Origin: a virus
IMG/VR virus record: IMGVR_UViG_3300046804_004848
Location: 1 to 64,000 of that record
Strand: one strand, 5' to 3'
DNA length: 64,000 nucleotides
The translations under genes and the position numbers were made by a program. Of the stretch, positions 49,972 through 61,176 are shown one piece after another; the first letter of the stretch is position 1; each line of letters starts with the position of its first letter. Below the pieces are notes generated by a model. It was not told the DNA's origin. It did not search any database and was given only the letters and a program-made list of their open reading frames with translations.

Positions 49972-50099
49972 TATGTATGATCCGACAGATGTACCAGGTC
50001 GCATACAGCTACAATTTAAAGATCAAGCTAGTTGTGAATACGCATTACAAAATATGACACATTGGGTAAAATTTCCATGGTTTAAAGTAGAGGGAAAAT

Positions 50100-51095
50100 G
50101 TGAAAAAAATACTTATAGTAACCGATAATTTACATGATCAAATTAATGGGGTCGTTACCACTTACAAAAATATTGAAACGTATGCGATTCGGGATGGTTA
50201 TCAGTTTGTTTATATTACTCCCAATGAGTTCAGCTACTTTGATTGCCCTGTATATAACGAAGTCAAGATTGCCTTACCAAGGCAGATGGGCGAGAAGATT
50301 GAGGAGATCAATCCGAATCATATCCATATCGCAACAGAGGGTCCTGTGGGTCTGTGGGCTAGAGCATATCTTACAAAACATGATTTTAGGTACAATACTG
50401 CTTATCATACTAAATTCCCTGAAGGACTTAAAACCCTTTTGGGATTACCTGAATCAATTACTTGGAAATACATAAAATGGTTTCATAAACATACAGGAAA
50501 AGTTCTAACTACTACAGAATCAATGGTAACACAACTTAAAGAAAAAGGTTTAAAAAGCGATATTATACCATGGACTAGAGGTGTGGATAGATCTATATTT
50601 AAACCAACTTTAAGAACAAAAACAAACGATCAACTTAATTTAGTGTGTGTCAGTAGAATAAGTAAAGAAAAAAATTTAGATGATTTTTGTTCACTAAACT
50701 ATTTCCATGCAAAAAAAATATTAGTCGGAGATGGTCCATATCGTGAAGAATTAGAACAAAAATATCCCGATGTAGAATTTGTAGGTTTCAAAAAAGGAGC
50801 AGATCTAGCAACATATTATGCTAATGCTGATGTATTTGTATTTCCTAGTCGTTGGGAAACATTCGGTATTGTAATGATTGAAGCCATGGCATGTGGTACA
50901 CCTGTAGCAGCATATCCTTGTCAAGGACCACTAGACGTTGTAAAACATGGTGTTACAGGATACTTACGAGAAAATTTAAAATTATCTATAACAGAATGTT
51001 TGACATTAAATAGACAAAATGTAGAGCTTGAAAGCCTAAGTTGGAGTTGGGAAGAAGCTTGGAATATATTTAAAAATAACTTAACCGAGGTATAA
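50100..51095 (+). CDS. GT4 glycosyltransferase (Agt-like glycolipid synthase)
   Basis: QINGVVTT, HIATEGPVG, YHTKFPE, ETFGIVMIEAMACGTPVAAY. Confidence 0.85.
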   Translation: MKKILIVTDNLHDQINGVVTTYKNIETYAIRDGYQFVYITPNEFSYFDCPVYNEVKIALPRQMGEKIEEINPNHIHIATEGPVGLWARAYLTKHDFRYNTAYHTKFPEGLKTLLGLPESITWKYIKWFHKHTGKVLTTTESMVTQLKEKGLKSDIIPWTRGVDRSIFKPTLRTKTNDQLNLVCVSRISKEKNLDDFCSLNYFHAKKILVGDGPYREELEQKYPDVEFVGFKKGADLATYYANADVFVFPSRWETFGIVMIEAMACGTPVAAYPCQGPLDVVKHGVTGYLRENLKLSITECLTLNRQNVELESLSWSWEEAWNIFKNNLTEV

Positions 51096-51527
51096 ATGGG
51101 TGACGCAACAGGTGGATTTTTAGGGGTTTTTGAACAGCGAGTTAACATGTTGCGTAAACGGTTAAAAGGTGAATTAGAAAAAGATAAACCAATACGTTGT
51201 CGTAGAACATTAAAAGGTATTATACGTGAAATTAAAGAATGGGAAAAAGTATTACAAGAACATATTAAAGAATCTAAAAAATGCCCACACTGTGGTGGTA
51301 AATTAGAATAAATATTAGAATATTATAAGGATTTTACCATGAAATTAGAAATGACAATCAATGGTTTAGAGATAAAAGTTGAATTAAACAGTGGGTCAAT
51401 TGACCAACTTGAAACACTTGAAACTGTTAAAAGCCTAATTTATACACTTTCACAATACGATTTTGTTGATATGCACGTTCAATCAGCAGGTTCAAGTCAT
51501 GACTTTCCTGATGCTGACCCAATGTGA
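51096..51527 (+). other. Two small hypothetical genes (51096-51311, 51339-51527)
   Basis: Short ORFs, first with CPHCGG. Confidence 0.5.
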
Positions 51528-52201
51528 AAAAACGTATAGCATTATTTCAACACGATCCTGAATGCTCAATTTGGTGCTGCAACGGTATGATAAATGCCTT
51601 GCAGCAATCCTACAAAATCACTTGTTGGTCAACTAATGATAATATATATAAAGTACTACTAAAAACTGATATTCTTGCCTTCCCAGGTGGTATCGGTTCA
51701 AGCGATAAATTCTACAAATTCTTCTCACACGAAACTATAACTGCAATACAAAACTTTGTAACCAATGGTGGTTACTATTTGGGTATTTGCATGGGCGCAT
51801 ATTGGGCATCACATTATTACTTTAACATACTTAAAAGTGTAGAGGCTGTGCAATATATTAAGCGACCTGATACAGAAATTAAACGATCATATGCTACAGT
51901 TGCTAATGTACAATGGTTGCATGATGAAGAAGAAATGTTTTTTTATGATGGATGTTCATTGATTGGTAATGAACGTAAGTTTAAAGTAATCTCACGATAT
52001 TCTAATAATGATCCTATGGCAATTATACAAAACAACATAGGTATTATTGGGTGCCACCCTGAAAGTGAGAAGTTTTGGTACAATAAGTACAAATATATAA
52101 AGCAGCATTGGCACCATGGTAGGCACCATATGCTGCTATTAGACTTTGTTAATCGTCTTTCTTCAAACCAAACAACTGTAATAAATTCAAGAAAATATTG
52201 A
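51524..52201 (+). CDS. BPL_N / class I glutamine-amidotransferase-like protein
   Basis: FPGG, YLGICMGAY, GCHPE triad. Confidence 0.75.
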   Translation: MKKRIALFQHDPECSIWCCNGMINALQQSYKITCWSTNDNIYKVLLKTDILAFPGGIGSSDKFYKFFSHETITAIQNFVTNGGYYLGICMGAYWASHYYFNILKSVEAVQYIKRPDTEIKRSYATVANVQWLHDEEEMFFYDGCSLIGNERKFKVISRYSNNDPMAIIQNNIGIIGCHPESEKFWYNKYKYIKQHWHHGRHHMLLLDFVNRLSSNQTTVINSRKY

Positions 52202-52835
52202 TAAAATCAAGATACAGTGTTAACGCACCTAATGATTCTACTCTAGCAGTTGCACCTTCTTCCATAATCATTTCACGAATTTTCTGTGTGTCATACGCAG
52301 TTAAACCAAGAAAAATAATAATAGCAAGTGCACTAATAACCATAGCAGCAACACTGCTACCAATAAAGATATTAATAATAGAGGCGATAACAATAGCAAT
52401 AAGCCCAACAAACAGAAACTTACCAATACTATCAAGATTCTTTTTAGTAAAGTAACCATAAAAACTCATCGTTCCAAATAAAACTGCTGCACCCATAAAT
52501 GCAGTAAAAATACTACCCATTTGGTATACTGCAAAGATTGTAGCAAAACTTAAACCCATTAGTGCAGCAAAACCTAGTAGCATCAATAGTGCAACCTCTT
52601 TAGATTGTACTTGTGATAATCCATAACTTACAGCAAACACTGCAACTAATGGAGCAAAAATAACAATCCATTTAATAAAACCTGTAAAAAAGAACTGTAA
52701 TAACTCAGGGGTAGTTCCAACCCAATAAGAAACAAGCATACTTACAACAACAGCAAGTGACATGTTTTTATACACACCTGCCATTGCTGAATTAATCTCA
52801 CTAGCCGTAGGGTATGTAATTGATTGTGAAAACAT
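52149..52835 (-). CDS. Bax inhibitor-1/YccA family membrane protein
   Basis: 7 TM; AYDTQKI, ALTLYLDFINIF. Confidence 0.9.
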   Translation of the reverse strand: MFSQSITYPTASEINSAMAGVYKNMSLAVVVSMLVSYWVGTTPELLQFFFTGFIKWIVIFAPLVAVFAVSYGLSQVQSKEVALLMLLGFAALMGLSFATIFAVYQMGSIFTAFMGAAVLFGTMSFYGYFTKKNLDSIGKFLFVGLIAIVIASIINIFIGSSVAAMVISALAIIIFLGLTAYDTQKIREMIMEEGATARVESLGALTLYLDFINIFLNLLQLFGLKKDD

Positions 52836-52963
52836 ATATTTCCTCCTATAAGAAAGTTTTCATAGATATTTATATAAATACTATATGGTAAAACCATTAG
52901 ATACTATAGCAAATTTTTGGATTGATGGCTATGTTTTTGGTTTTATTTTGTGGTGGTATATGC

Positions 52964-55900
52964 CTACTTTCGCCGTTGGTCTTTTAGATGCTCAGGAACC
53001 TTTGAACGGTAATCCACTCCATCAATCGGTGTGTAATCTTTAGTCAGTGGTTGTTTTAATAAACTATCACCATACTTCAAACCAATGTAACTAATAACTT
53101 TTTCAACACCTTTTAAAGGTTTAAGTTGAATAAAACAATGTTCTTTCCATGTTAAGACAGTAAGCAAAAATGGTTTGATATTAGTATCTTTAATAATATC
53201 ATCAAACTTATCACTTTCACGCTTAAAAATTATAGTTTCCATATCAATACCTTAAACTAAACCATGTGGCATACTTATCGTCATAAATATATAAAACAAT
53301 TTTATGATAATTTCCATAAAACACCCATGTTTGAGGTGAAGGTTGTCCCATCATTTTCCTACATTGTTTTAAAAAATCACTAATAGGACCTACCTCCCTT
53401 ACGGTGAATTCACGCTGAAAAAGTAGGTTTCTCATGTCAGTATCTTTTAATTACATTGAATGTGTGAATTTGATCAACATAGTCTGCTAACTCGCATGCT
53501 TTGCTGTAATCATCAAGTATGATTGCTTTTAGTGATCCATGGTCTAATAATTTTAAATGAACATCTTCTTCTGTTGTTATCAAAATATCGTTTGATAAAT
53601 TAATTAGCATCCAAGAATTTACAGTGTTTGGGTTATGTTCGTAAAACCCCAATGTAATATAATCTAATTTTAAATTCTTGATACACCAATTTACCATCTT
53701 CACTTTACCATTAGGGTTGGAAATACCTGTAGGGTATTCATCCCAAGTTACTGCATATCGTGATTGAAAAGGTTTTATTCGCATACTATCCCCACATGTT
53801 AGTTCCATCGCATTGCAAAAAAGGTTAGAATAGATTCTTCTTTAAAGTAAAAATCAGACTTATAAAAACCATAAACTACATTCCACTTATTTCTTCTTTC
53901 ACCAAACTTTTCAATTAACCATAGTTCAATATCAATAATTTGAGAATCAGCAGGATAGTTTACTGTAATTTTATAAGGCCAAATTTCTTTTTTAAGTCTT
54001 CTCATCATTATATCATAACATAGTAAAAATGATTATTCTTTATCTTCATTGGCAGCATCCAAAAAATCTAATAACTCTATAGATGGGTGTGGGTAGATAC
54101 CGTATCTGCTGCCAAGTTGTCCTGGGTCATTGCTGTTGGTGCATCCTAATCTATGATCAGTAGCGTGTGGACAACGTTTGTTACCACAGGTATCACATAC
54201 GATAAAGGTACTGATAAACTTGGTAAAATTTGGTTTGAGGCATTCAAAACATTGACACTCCTTAGTATTCAATCTACGTCCACCTCAATATAAACATCAT
54301 ATAATCACTTTCTTTTTCAAATGCAAAAACACCTTCACCTACATATTGAGAATGTGTGGCACCTATCTTTTCATGGCACCACGATATTACATCATACCAA
54401 CCACGTTTACCACCATCAGGAGGACAAATAGATGCAATATACGGATATTTAGGATTCATATTTTAACCGAAATAATGTAGAGTACTGTTCATCGTAAAAT
54501 GTAAAGATAACTTTTTTTGGAGTAATTCTATATTTTTCATAATCATATACTGATGGAATATATTTAAAATCAAAATGTTCTCCTTGATTAAATCCTGAGG
54601 CACGTAGTTCACGCACAATATCCATATATTGTGATAATTCTTTACCTTCAATGACTACATCAATAGCCAATTTATCTCCATCTTAAATTATATAAAAATT
54701 CATGTTCAGGCTCTTTAAAAGTTACTATAAGTGTAGGAGGCAATCCTTGTATTCTAAACTTCCATGTTTCTTTATCCATACTGCGCCATTCTAAAAATTG
54801 AGCCACTGTACTTTTATTAAACGGTCTACCATCATTGGTATAATTTCTTTGTATAGTTTCATCCAACCATTTTAATTGTTCTTCCCATTCTTTTTTAAAA
54901 GGACTATCAAAATTATACATTATGCCCATCTCAAAGTAAACCAAACAGCATCTTGGCTATGCTGAAAACATACTATGATTTTATGACTTTGTTGGCTGTA
55001 ATAGGTATACCAAGTTTCACCGTATCTACCTAAATGTCGCCTACACCATTCATGTATAGCATCTTCATGACTTTTAGTCAATATAGGTTCAATTTCTATA
55101 CGATGTTCAAAATCTTGTGGTCTTACTACGCCCACCTTACGCCCACCTCAATATAAACCAATTTAAGCTATGCTCATCTTCAAATATCACTTTATCGGGG
55201 TCACGAAAGTTTGCGGGAACATATTTTGCTTTATATGGCTTGAGTTTTTGGTTAAGTATTCTTAATGCTATATCATGATCAGGATTATCCTGATTGGCCT
55301 TTACAAAGTTTTGCCAATGTTTGGGACAATTTATAAGCATACTCTCTAAGTAAAAACCAATCATGACCACCTCAAGGCAAACCACATGGCATCTCTGCTA
55401 TCTTCGAATTGAATATACTTTGTATCTGACCAACCAGGATTGTGATAATAGCGTCCCTGACAATGTTCTTCCAACCAACGATCCACATTATAATCTAGTA
55501 GACTGCGAATATGTACTGCTAACTGCCCTTGTTCCAATCTATGATAAACAACTGTATGTAGAGCCATCATGACCACCTCAATATAAACCAATTAGCATCA
55601 CGTTCATTTTCGAACCAAAATATGTTACCAGTCCAAGTATAGTGTTTCCCGCCAAATTCATGCTCACACCATTTACGTACATCATGCAAATCAACTAAAA
55701 GACTTTGACCTGTCAATGGAACACTATAATAGCCACCCTCAGCTAACCTATTGCTCCACCTTGTAATAGTTGGAGCAGAAAGCCCATCATAATGCTTCCA
55801 AGCTGCAATAAAATCTTGGATACAATCTTTCATGACCACCTCAATAAAAACATATTAATATCATCTTCATTGGTAAATCCCCATATTTCACCATCATTAC

Positions 55901-57787
55901 CACGCATGAAACATCGTGTTTTCCCAATCAATAATTTATCTGACCATTCCCAAAAATCACTTTTGTTCCAACGTTGCATCACAGGAATAAACAAAAAATA
56001 TTGACATTGTTCACCTAAACTTACTTCAGGTATCCATAATGGGCTAGTATTATTTGTACCTATCTTAGGCCAATGTTTATTAGCATATTTTATAAATTCT
56101 GTTCTAGTTAATAGCATATTAAGAATAATTTAACATAAACCAAGTATAATGTTCTGCACTTTTAAAAATCATACCTTTTAACGCATGTCCATTATAAACA
56201 AGGTTGATACCATAATTATCATAATACCAATCACAAGCTTGAATCCTAGAATCAATACCCAATTTTGGTACACTTTTTTGTCCTGAACCTTCCCACAAAT
56301 TATATAAAACTTGTATTACTTCACGATTTTTTTCAACAAAATATGCCATTATCGCCACACTAAATTAAACCATACAAAATCACGTTCATGTCTAAATTTC
56401 ACCTCAGTATGCGCATGGAAAAAACGCCAACGACAATGTTTTTCACATCCTTCCACATTAGCGTATAACCAATCAAGGACTTCTTCATAATTACCACTGT
56501 TGACATGTGCTAGATACCACCCATTACAATTAGTATCCCATCCCCATACATGAGCAAGGTATCGTCTATCACTCATGGTTACTTCAATAAATCTAACGCA
56601 GTAGCATACTCCATCACGTAATCAACATCCCACGGTTGTTTCCAAGTAATACGTACTCTACGTTTGTAGCATTTTTTCAACCATAGCATGTTACCTGAAA
56701 TAGTGACTTTAGGCAATAATGCATAAGTTTCTACCCAATCGTAGCAACCTTCTTTATCAACCTCTTTAGTTTCAATCATCAATTCTTGTGTAGTTGAGGA
56801 CATTACCTACTCCATATTGTGCCTCACCAAGCATTTTAGCTTCATAGTCATTATTTGCCCAAATGATGGTGTTAGCAGTTTGATAGTCGTTAAGTCGTAC
56901 CCAAAGTTGATATTTGTACATTTCATTTACATCCATTTTAACATAAAAAACACGTAGTTGTCAAGCGTTTCAAACTTGATATAACGTGCGCCCCATGGTG
57001 CTGAATCATTTTCAGTCATAAATTGTGCCCCATAAGGTTCCAACATAATATTTATTTGATAGATTGGAAAGTAGATTGCATCATTTTGCTTTAAAAAATT
57101 AATCCACCATATAGGTTTTGGCTCAGTCTCAGTTTCTTCAAATAATTTAATAAGCATGATTACATATATTTCAACGCAAATAAGTTGTAACTTGCTTCAT
57201 TATGAAACTCAATATACGCAATACAATTAAATTGTTTAATTCCAACAGATAACACGTAATGGTGTACAAAACAATCATGTCTTTTTTCAAAAGCAGGTAC
57301 AAATTCATTGCTTTCTTGGTCAATACCTAAATCTTTTATTGCGTTTTGGCAATCAAAAGAATCAACAATAATAGACATAATTAACTCCAAGTAAGTAGAA
57401 AAAATGATTGTAGTTCTGCTGTGGTAAATTGTAGAACAATACCTTCTAATTTAAAATTATTTACCCCAATATTTTTTAGTAACCAACTTGTAATTTCTGC
57501 ATCATTTTCTACCCACCATGTAAAATCTATGATAAAACAACAGTGTTCATGAGTAGAAATATTAGGCACCCCTGAAAAAACTAAAAAACGTTGACCTACA
57601 TCCATTTCATTGCAAAAAAAGTACAATCATTTTCATTACTAAAACTTACTACATAGTGTCCTGCTTGTTCACCGCCTACATCTAAATTAGCAAAGTGCCA
57701 TTCGCCTGTGCAATTATGTTGACACCAATCAAAAATATCGCCTAACTTACCAAATGGTATGGTAACTGTTAAGGTATGATTATCCAT
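52964..57787 (-). other. Tandem array of about 16 short paralogous ORFs ending F-x-L-R/K-W/Y, with a few unrelated ORFs interspersed
   Basis: C-termini WFSLRY, FFAMRWN, MFILRWT, LFRLKY, LYNLRWR, WFTLRWA, WFILRWA, WFALRWS, WFILRWS, MFLLRWS, WFMLNYS, WFNLVWR, FFMLKWM, LFALKYM, FFLLTWS, FFAMKWM. Confidence 0.8.
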
Positions 57788-58283
57788 GTGAAATAACTTC
57801 TACTCCACTTTTTTCAAGAAATTTTATCCCTGCATCGTCCCTATAGTGTGTACCAAAATACACACGACGAATACCTGCACTGTATATACTTTTTGCACAT
57901 TCAAGACACGGTGCATGAGTAATAAACATTGTTGCTCCATTCCCACCCTCTGATCCTTTAGCTAGTTTGTCCAAGGCGTTCCGCTCAGCATGCAGTACTT
58001 CAGGTCTAGTTTTTAGTCTGTATCTTCTTTCTACACTGTAACCACTAATCCAAAAATTACCTAACAATGGATAGTCTTGTAATTTAGCACTAGTATCATT
58101 GATAGGCATAAATTCAGTATATTCACAGCCATTGTCCCATCCACTAGGCATACCATTGTAGCCAATACTAATGATACGATCATCTTTTACAATGATCGCA
58201 CCAACTTTTAATCGCACTGCATAACTAAGTTCAGATACTCGTTTTGCTATATCAGCATAAAGTTGTATAAATTTTTCTTTCAT
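57780..58283 (-). CDS. dCMP deaminase
   Basis: KVGAII, GYNGMP, HAERNA, PCLECAK. Confidence 0.9.
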   Translation of the reverse strand: MKEKFIQLYADIAKRVSELSYAVRLKVGAIIVKDDRIISIGYNGMPSGWDNGCEYTEFMPINDTSAKLQDYPLLGNFWISGYSVERRYRLKTRPEVLHAERNALDKLAKGSEGGNGATMFITHAPCLECAKSIYSAGIRRVYFGTHYRDDAGIKFLEKSGVEVISHG

Positions 58284-59014
58284 TTGTAGTTTGATAAAAA
58301 TTCTAGCGTAGTTTTTGTTGCTTGCTCTGTGGCAGTAGCACTGTATTGTGTAACATGACCCCATCTTGCGTTATTGTATGAACGGTCAAAACTATGATAT
58401 GCCCCATCATAAACAAATACTTGCTGTAATTTATTTAAGTCTTTAAATGATTCGCATAAACTACTTGGAGTCCATGTATCAAGTGAACCAATATGTATTT
58501 GTGATGGTACTTTTACATGGTGGTAGGAATAATTGCATTTAGGATAATACGCTATCACACCATCTAATTTTGTATTTGATATAATTCCTGCCTCTAATAC
58601 ACTAGCAGCACCGTGACTAAAACCTATTCCAATTACTGCTCCACGATGCCATGATTGTTGTTTTACCCATGCAGCCATTGCGTTAATATCCTCACCACGT
58701 TGGGCAAATGTCAATTTATTTGAGTTGCATGTTGTTGGTAAATTTCTTGCACCTAAACTATCAGGAATAACGACATTAAATCCTGCCTTAAATAACAAAC
58801 TTACCCATTGATAATCTTCAGTATTAATCCCATTACAACCATGTGCAAGTACTACTGTGGGAGAGGGAACATCTTGCAATTTTTTATCAAACGCTACTTT
58901 AATAGGTACTACAGAACTAAGGTAAGGATCAATCACCTCAATCTTTGTCCACCAAAATGCTGCATGTACGATGTTTGTAAACAATAGTGATAAAAAAATA
59001 AGAATGATTTTCAT
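58280..59014 (-). CDS. Dienelactone hydrolase-family alpha/beta hydrolase
   Basis: Signal peptide; HGCNG, GFSHGA, YYP, D, HSFD. Confidence 0.8.
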   Translation of the reverse strand: MKIILIFLSLLFTNIVHAAFWWTKIEVIDPYLSSVVPIKVAFDKKLQDVPSPTVVLAHGCNGINTEDYQWVSLLFKAGFNVVIPDSLGARNLPTTCNSNKLTFAQRGEDINAMAAWVKQQSWHRGAVIGIGFSHGAASVLEAGIISNTKLDGVIAYYPKCNYSYHHVKVPSQIHIGSLDTWTPSSLCESFKDLNKLQQVFVYDGAYHSFDRSYNNARWGHVTQYSATATEQATKTTLEFLSNYK

Positions 59015-59015
59015 A

Positions 59016-59933
59016 TTAATCCCATAGTGAACGATAATATTTTGCAAACAAATCCAATCCTTCTTGAATACGCTCTTGATATAAGGCGTATCCTTCTGCG
59101 TCAAAATAATGACTAGTAGGATCAGGATCAACCATCTGACTTAATTCTTCAACTTGATTGGTAACAGGATTTAACATGGTTTGACCTGTTTTAACAAATT
59201 TAAACCTAGGTACTTTACCATAATGGAAGGATTCTTCATTATCCCGTATAAGTTGACCAAATGACCATATCATTTTATCAAGAACTACGTCCCACTCTTT
59301 AATTTTTTCATTAAATGCCCAATCATATGATTCTTTGTAAAAATCAAAACATCCTTGGTCGTGCCAATCTTCCCCACCAACATGAGCAAAGTCAGCAGGA
59401 ATACCATGTTTTACCATGCGTAATTCCAACAAAGCAGGATAAATGATATATGCTAATGAAGTATCCAAACTCCATAAATCATGATTATCAATATGTACGG
59501 CAATTTTTCTACCTACTTTTAGGTATTTGGACATTTTAACTTTCATAATTTACTCTTTTACAGGTAAACATTCAAAATCATGGAATACAAACTTTTTACC
59601 GTCAACCACAATCATACCTACAAATTCGTTTTTAGTGTTGGTACAAAAGTTTTTTGCAGACTCATCAAGCGTAGAACCTTGGCAAACAAATTTATCATCT
59701 TCACAATTATAGAATAACATCAGTCCGTCTACGTGTTCAACACGCATGATACAGGCTGGCATGCTGACACGGGTAATTTTTTCTGATGATTCTCCATCTT
59801 GTGTTTTTGCTTTTAATTCTTGTTTAAGTAGTTCGGTAACACGTTTTTGTAGTATTCGCATACCAAACATCGTACCCATAAAAAAACAGACTGCGTATGA
59901 TGCTGCTAATATTAGTAGGTTAATTTCGTTCAT
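59016..59933 (-). other. Two hypothetical genes (59016-59546, 59550-59933)
   Basis: DLWSLD...WDVVLDKMIWSF...GLDLFAKYYRSLWD phage family; TM protein. Confidence 0.65.
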
Positions 59934-60032
59934 GTTGGTATTTATAAAAAGAAAAGAACGGATTTTTAATAGATCCGTTCAAAACTATTTCAGGAGATAG
60001 AAATTGAGGGAGCATTGCACTCCCCATGTTGC

Positions 60033-60257
60033 TTAGACAGGTGCTTTAGTTGAGTAAACTGTAGCACGTCCGCTACGCTGAATTGCGTAGACTTGGAGAC
60101 CACCACGACGAACATCGCTAACGCTAGCACGTGGATTTGCCAATCCAAAACGTTGCTTGATTTGTGCTGCGGTAAAAGTCTTACCTGCACGAAGTTGCTC
60201 ACCCAAGCGAGCGGTTTTGGAAAGAACGGGTTTTGAAGCTTTAACAGTAGTTTTCAT
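60033..60257 (-). CDS. Small basic winged-helix-like protein
   Basis: LRAGKTFTAAQIKQRFGLANPRASVSDVRRGG. Confidence 0.6.
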   Translation of the reverse strand: MKTTVKASKPVLSKTARLGEQLRAGKTFTAAQIKQRFGLANPRASVSDVRRGGLQVYAIQRSGRATVYSTKAPV

Positions 60258-60336
60258 ATTTAAATTTCCTTTTAAAAAATCGTTGTTTAACAACGTATAG
60301 AGATAATAACTTCTTTCGGCTCAATTGTCAATCAAT

Positions 60337-61176
60337 TTAGATAACTTCGTAATACTGAAGTGTCCACTGATCAGCAATTACCTCGTGACCAATGTAGCCA
60401 CGTGGGTTTGAAACTACACGGCAATTTCCTACCATGTAATCATTCTTAGCATGAACATGTCCATGCACCCACAATTTAATTTGTGGATTGTTTAAAATTT
60501 CATTGGATAAATCGCTAGCATATCCTCCATTTGTTAAGGTTTCACCAACATAATCAGGACTAATTGACTGAAAAGTAGGAGCATGGTGTGTTACCATAAT
60601 CACTTTATCATGTTTAAATTTGTCCCACTGCTCACTAAAATACTTCATACTTGCTAAATGCCGCTGTAAAGAATCAGCAATGCTTAATCTACGATACCCC
60701 TCTTTTTCATTTTTAATGATGCGGTAATCATTTAATACAGCTTCTACGTGAATTTTGGTAAGTGGATCTTGTTTATTAGCATCAGTCCACATGGATGCAC
60801 CAACAAACTTATATCCATCAATATCAACTGTGGTATCTTCCATAAAGGTAATATTTGGAAAATATTCTGCTTCATGCTTAAGTATGTCAAGGGTTTCAAA
60901 CCATTTACCATGATAAAACTCATGGTTACCTGCTACCCATAGTACATGTTTAAATTTAGTACTACATTCTTTTAAAAATTTACGATATGCTAGAACACGT
61001 TGATAACGATTAGACCATTGCTGTAGTGGAAGCACTGCATCATCACGTGCAAAATCTTTTAAGTCTTTGGCAACAAGAATATCTCCTGCTAATATCAATA
61101 CGTCTGCGTTTTGATCATTATCAAAGAATAAATCGCCAAACTCTAAGTGTGCATCACTAACTAACGCTATTTTCAT
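60337..61176 (-). CDS. Calcineurin-like metallophosphoesterase
   Basis: SDAHLEF, AGDI, GNHEFY, THHAP, HGHVH, NPRGY. Confidence 0.9.
   Translation of the reverse strand: MKIALVSDAHLEFGDLFFDNDQNADVLILAGDILVAKDLKDFARDDAVLPLQQWSNRYQRVLAYRKFLKECSTKFKHVLWVAGNHEFYHGKWFETLDILKHEAEYFPNITFMEDTTVDIDGYKFVGASMWTDANKQDPLTKIHVEAVLNDYRIIKNEKEGYRRLSIADSLQRHLASMKYFSEQWDKFKHDKVIMVTHHAPTFQSISPDYVGETLTNGGYASDLSNEILNNPQIKLWVHGHVHAKNDYMVGNCRVVSNPRGYIGHEVIADQWTLQYYEVI

Noticed and set aside
45850-52835. Host chromosomal DNA or assembly chimera
   Set aside because: Same AT-rich composition as flanks, no pstCAB/phoBR genes, and interspersed phage-type small ORFs
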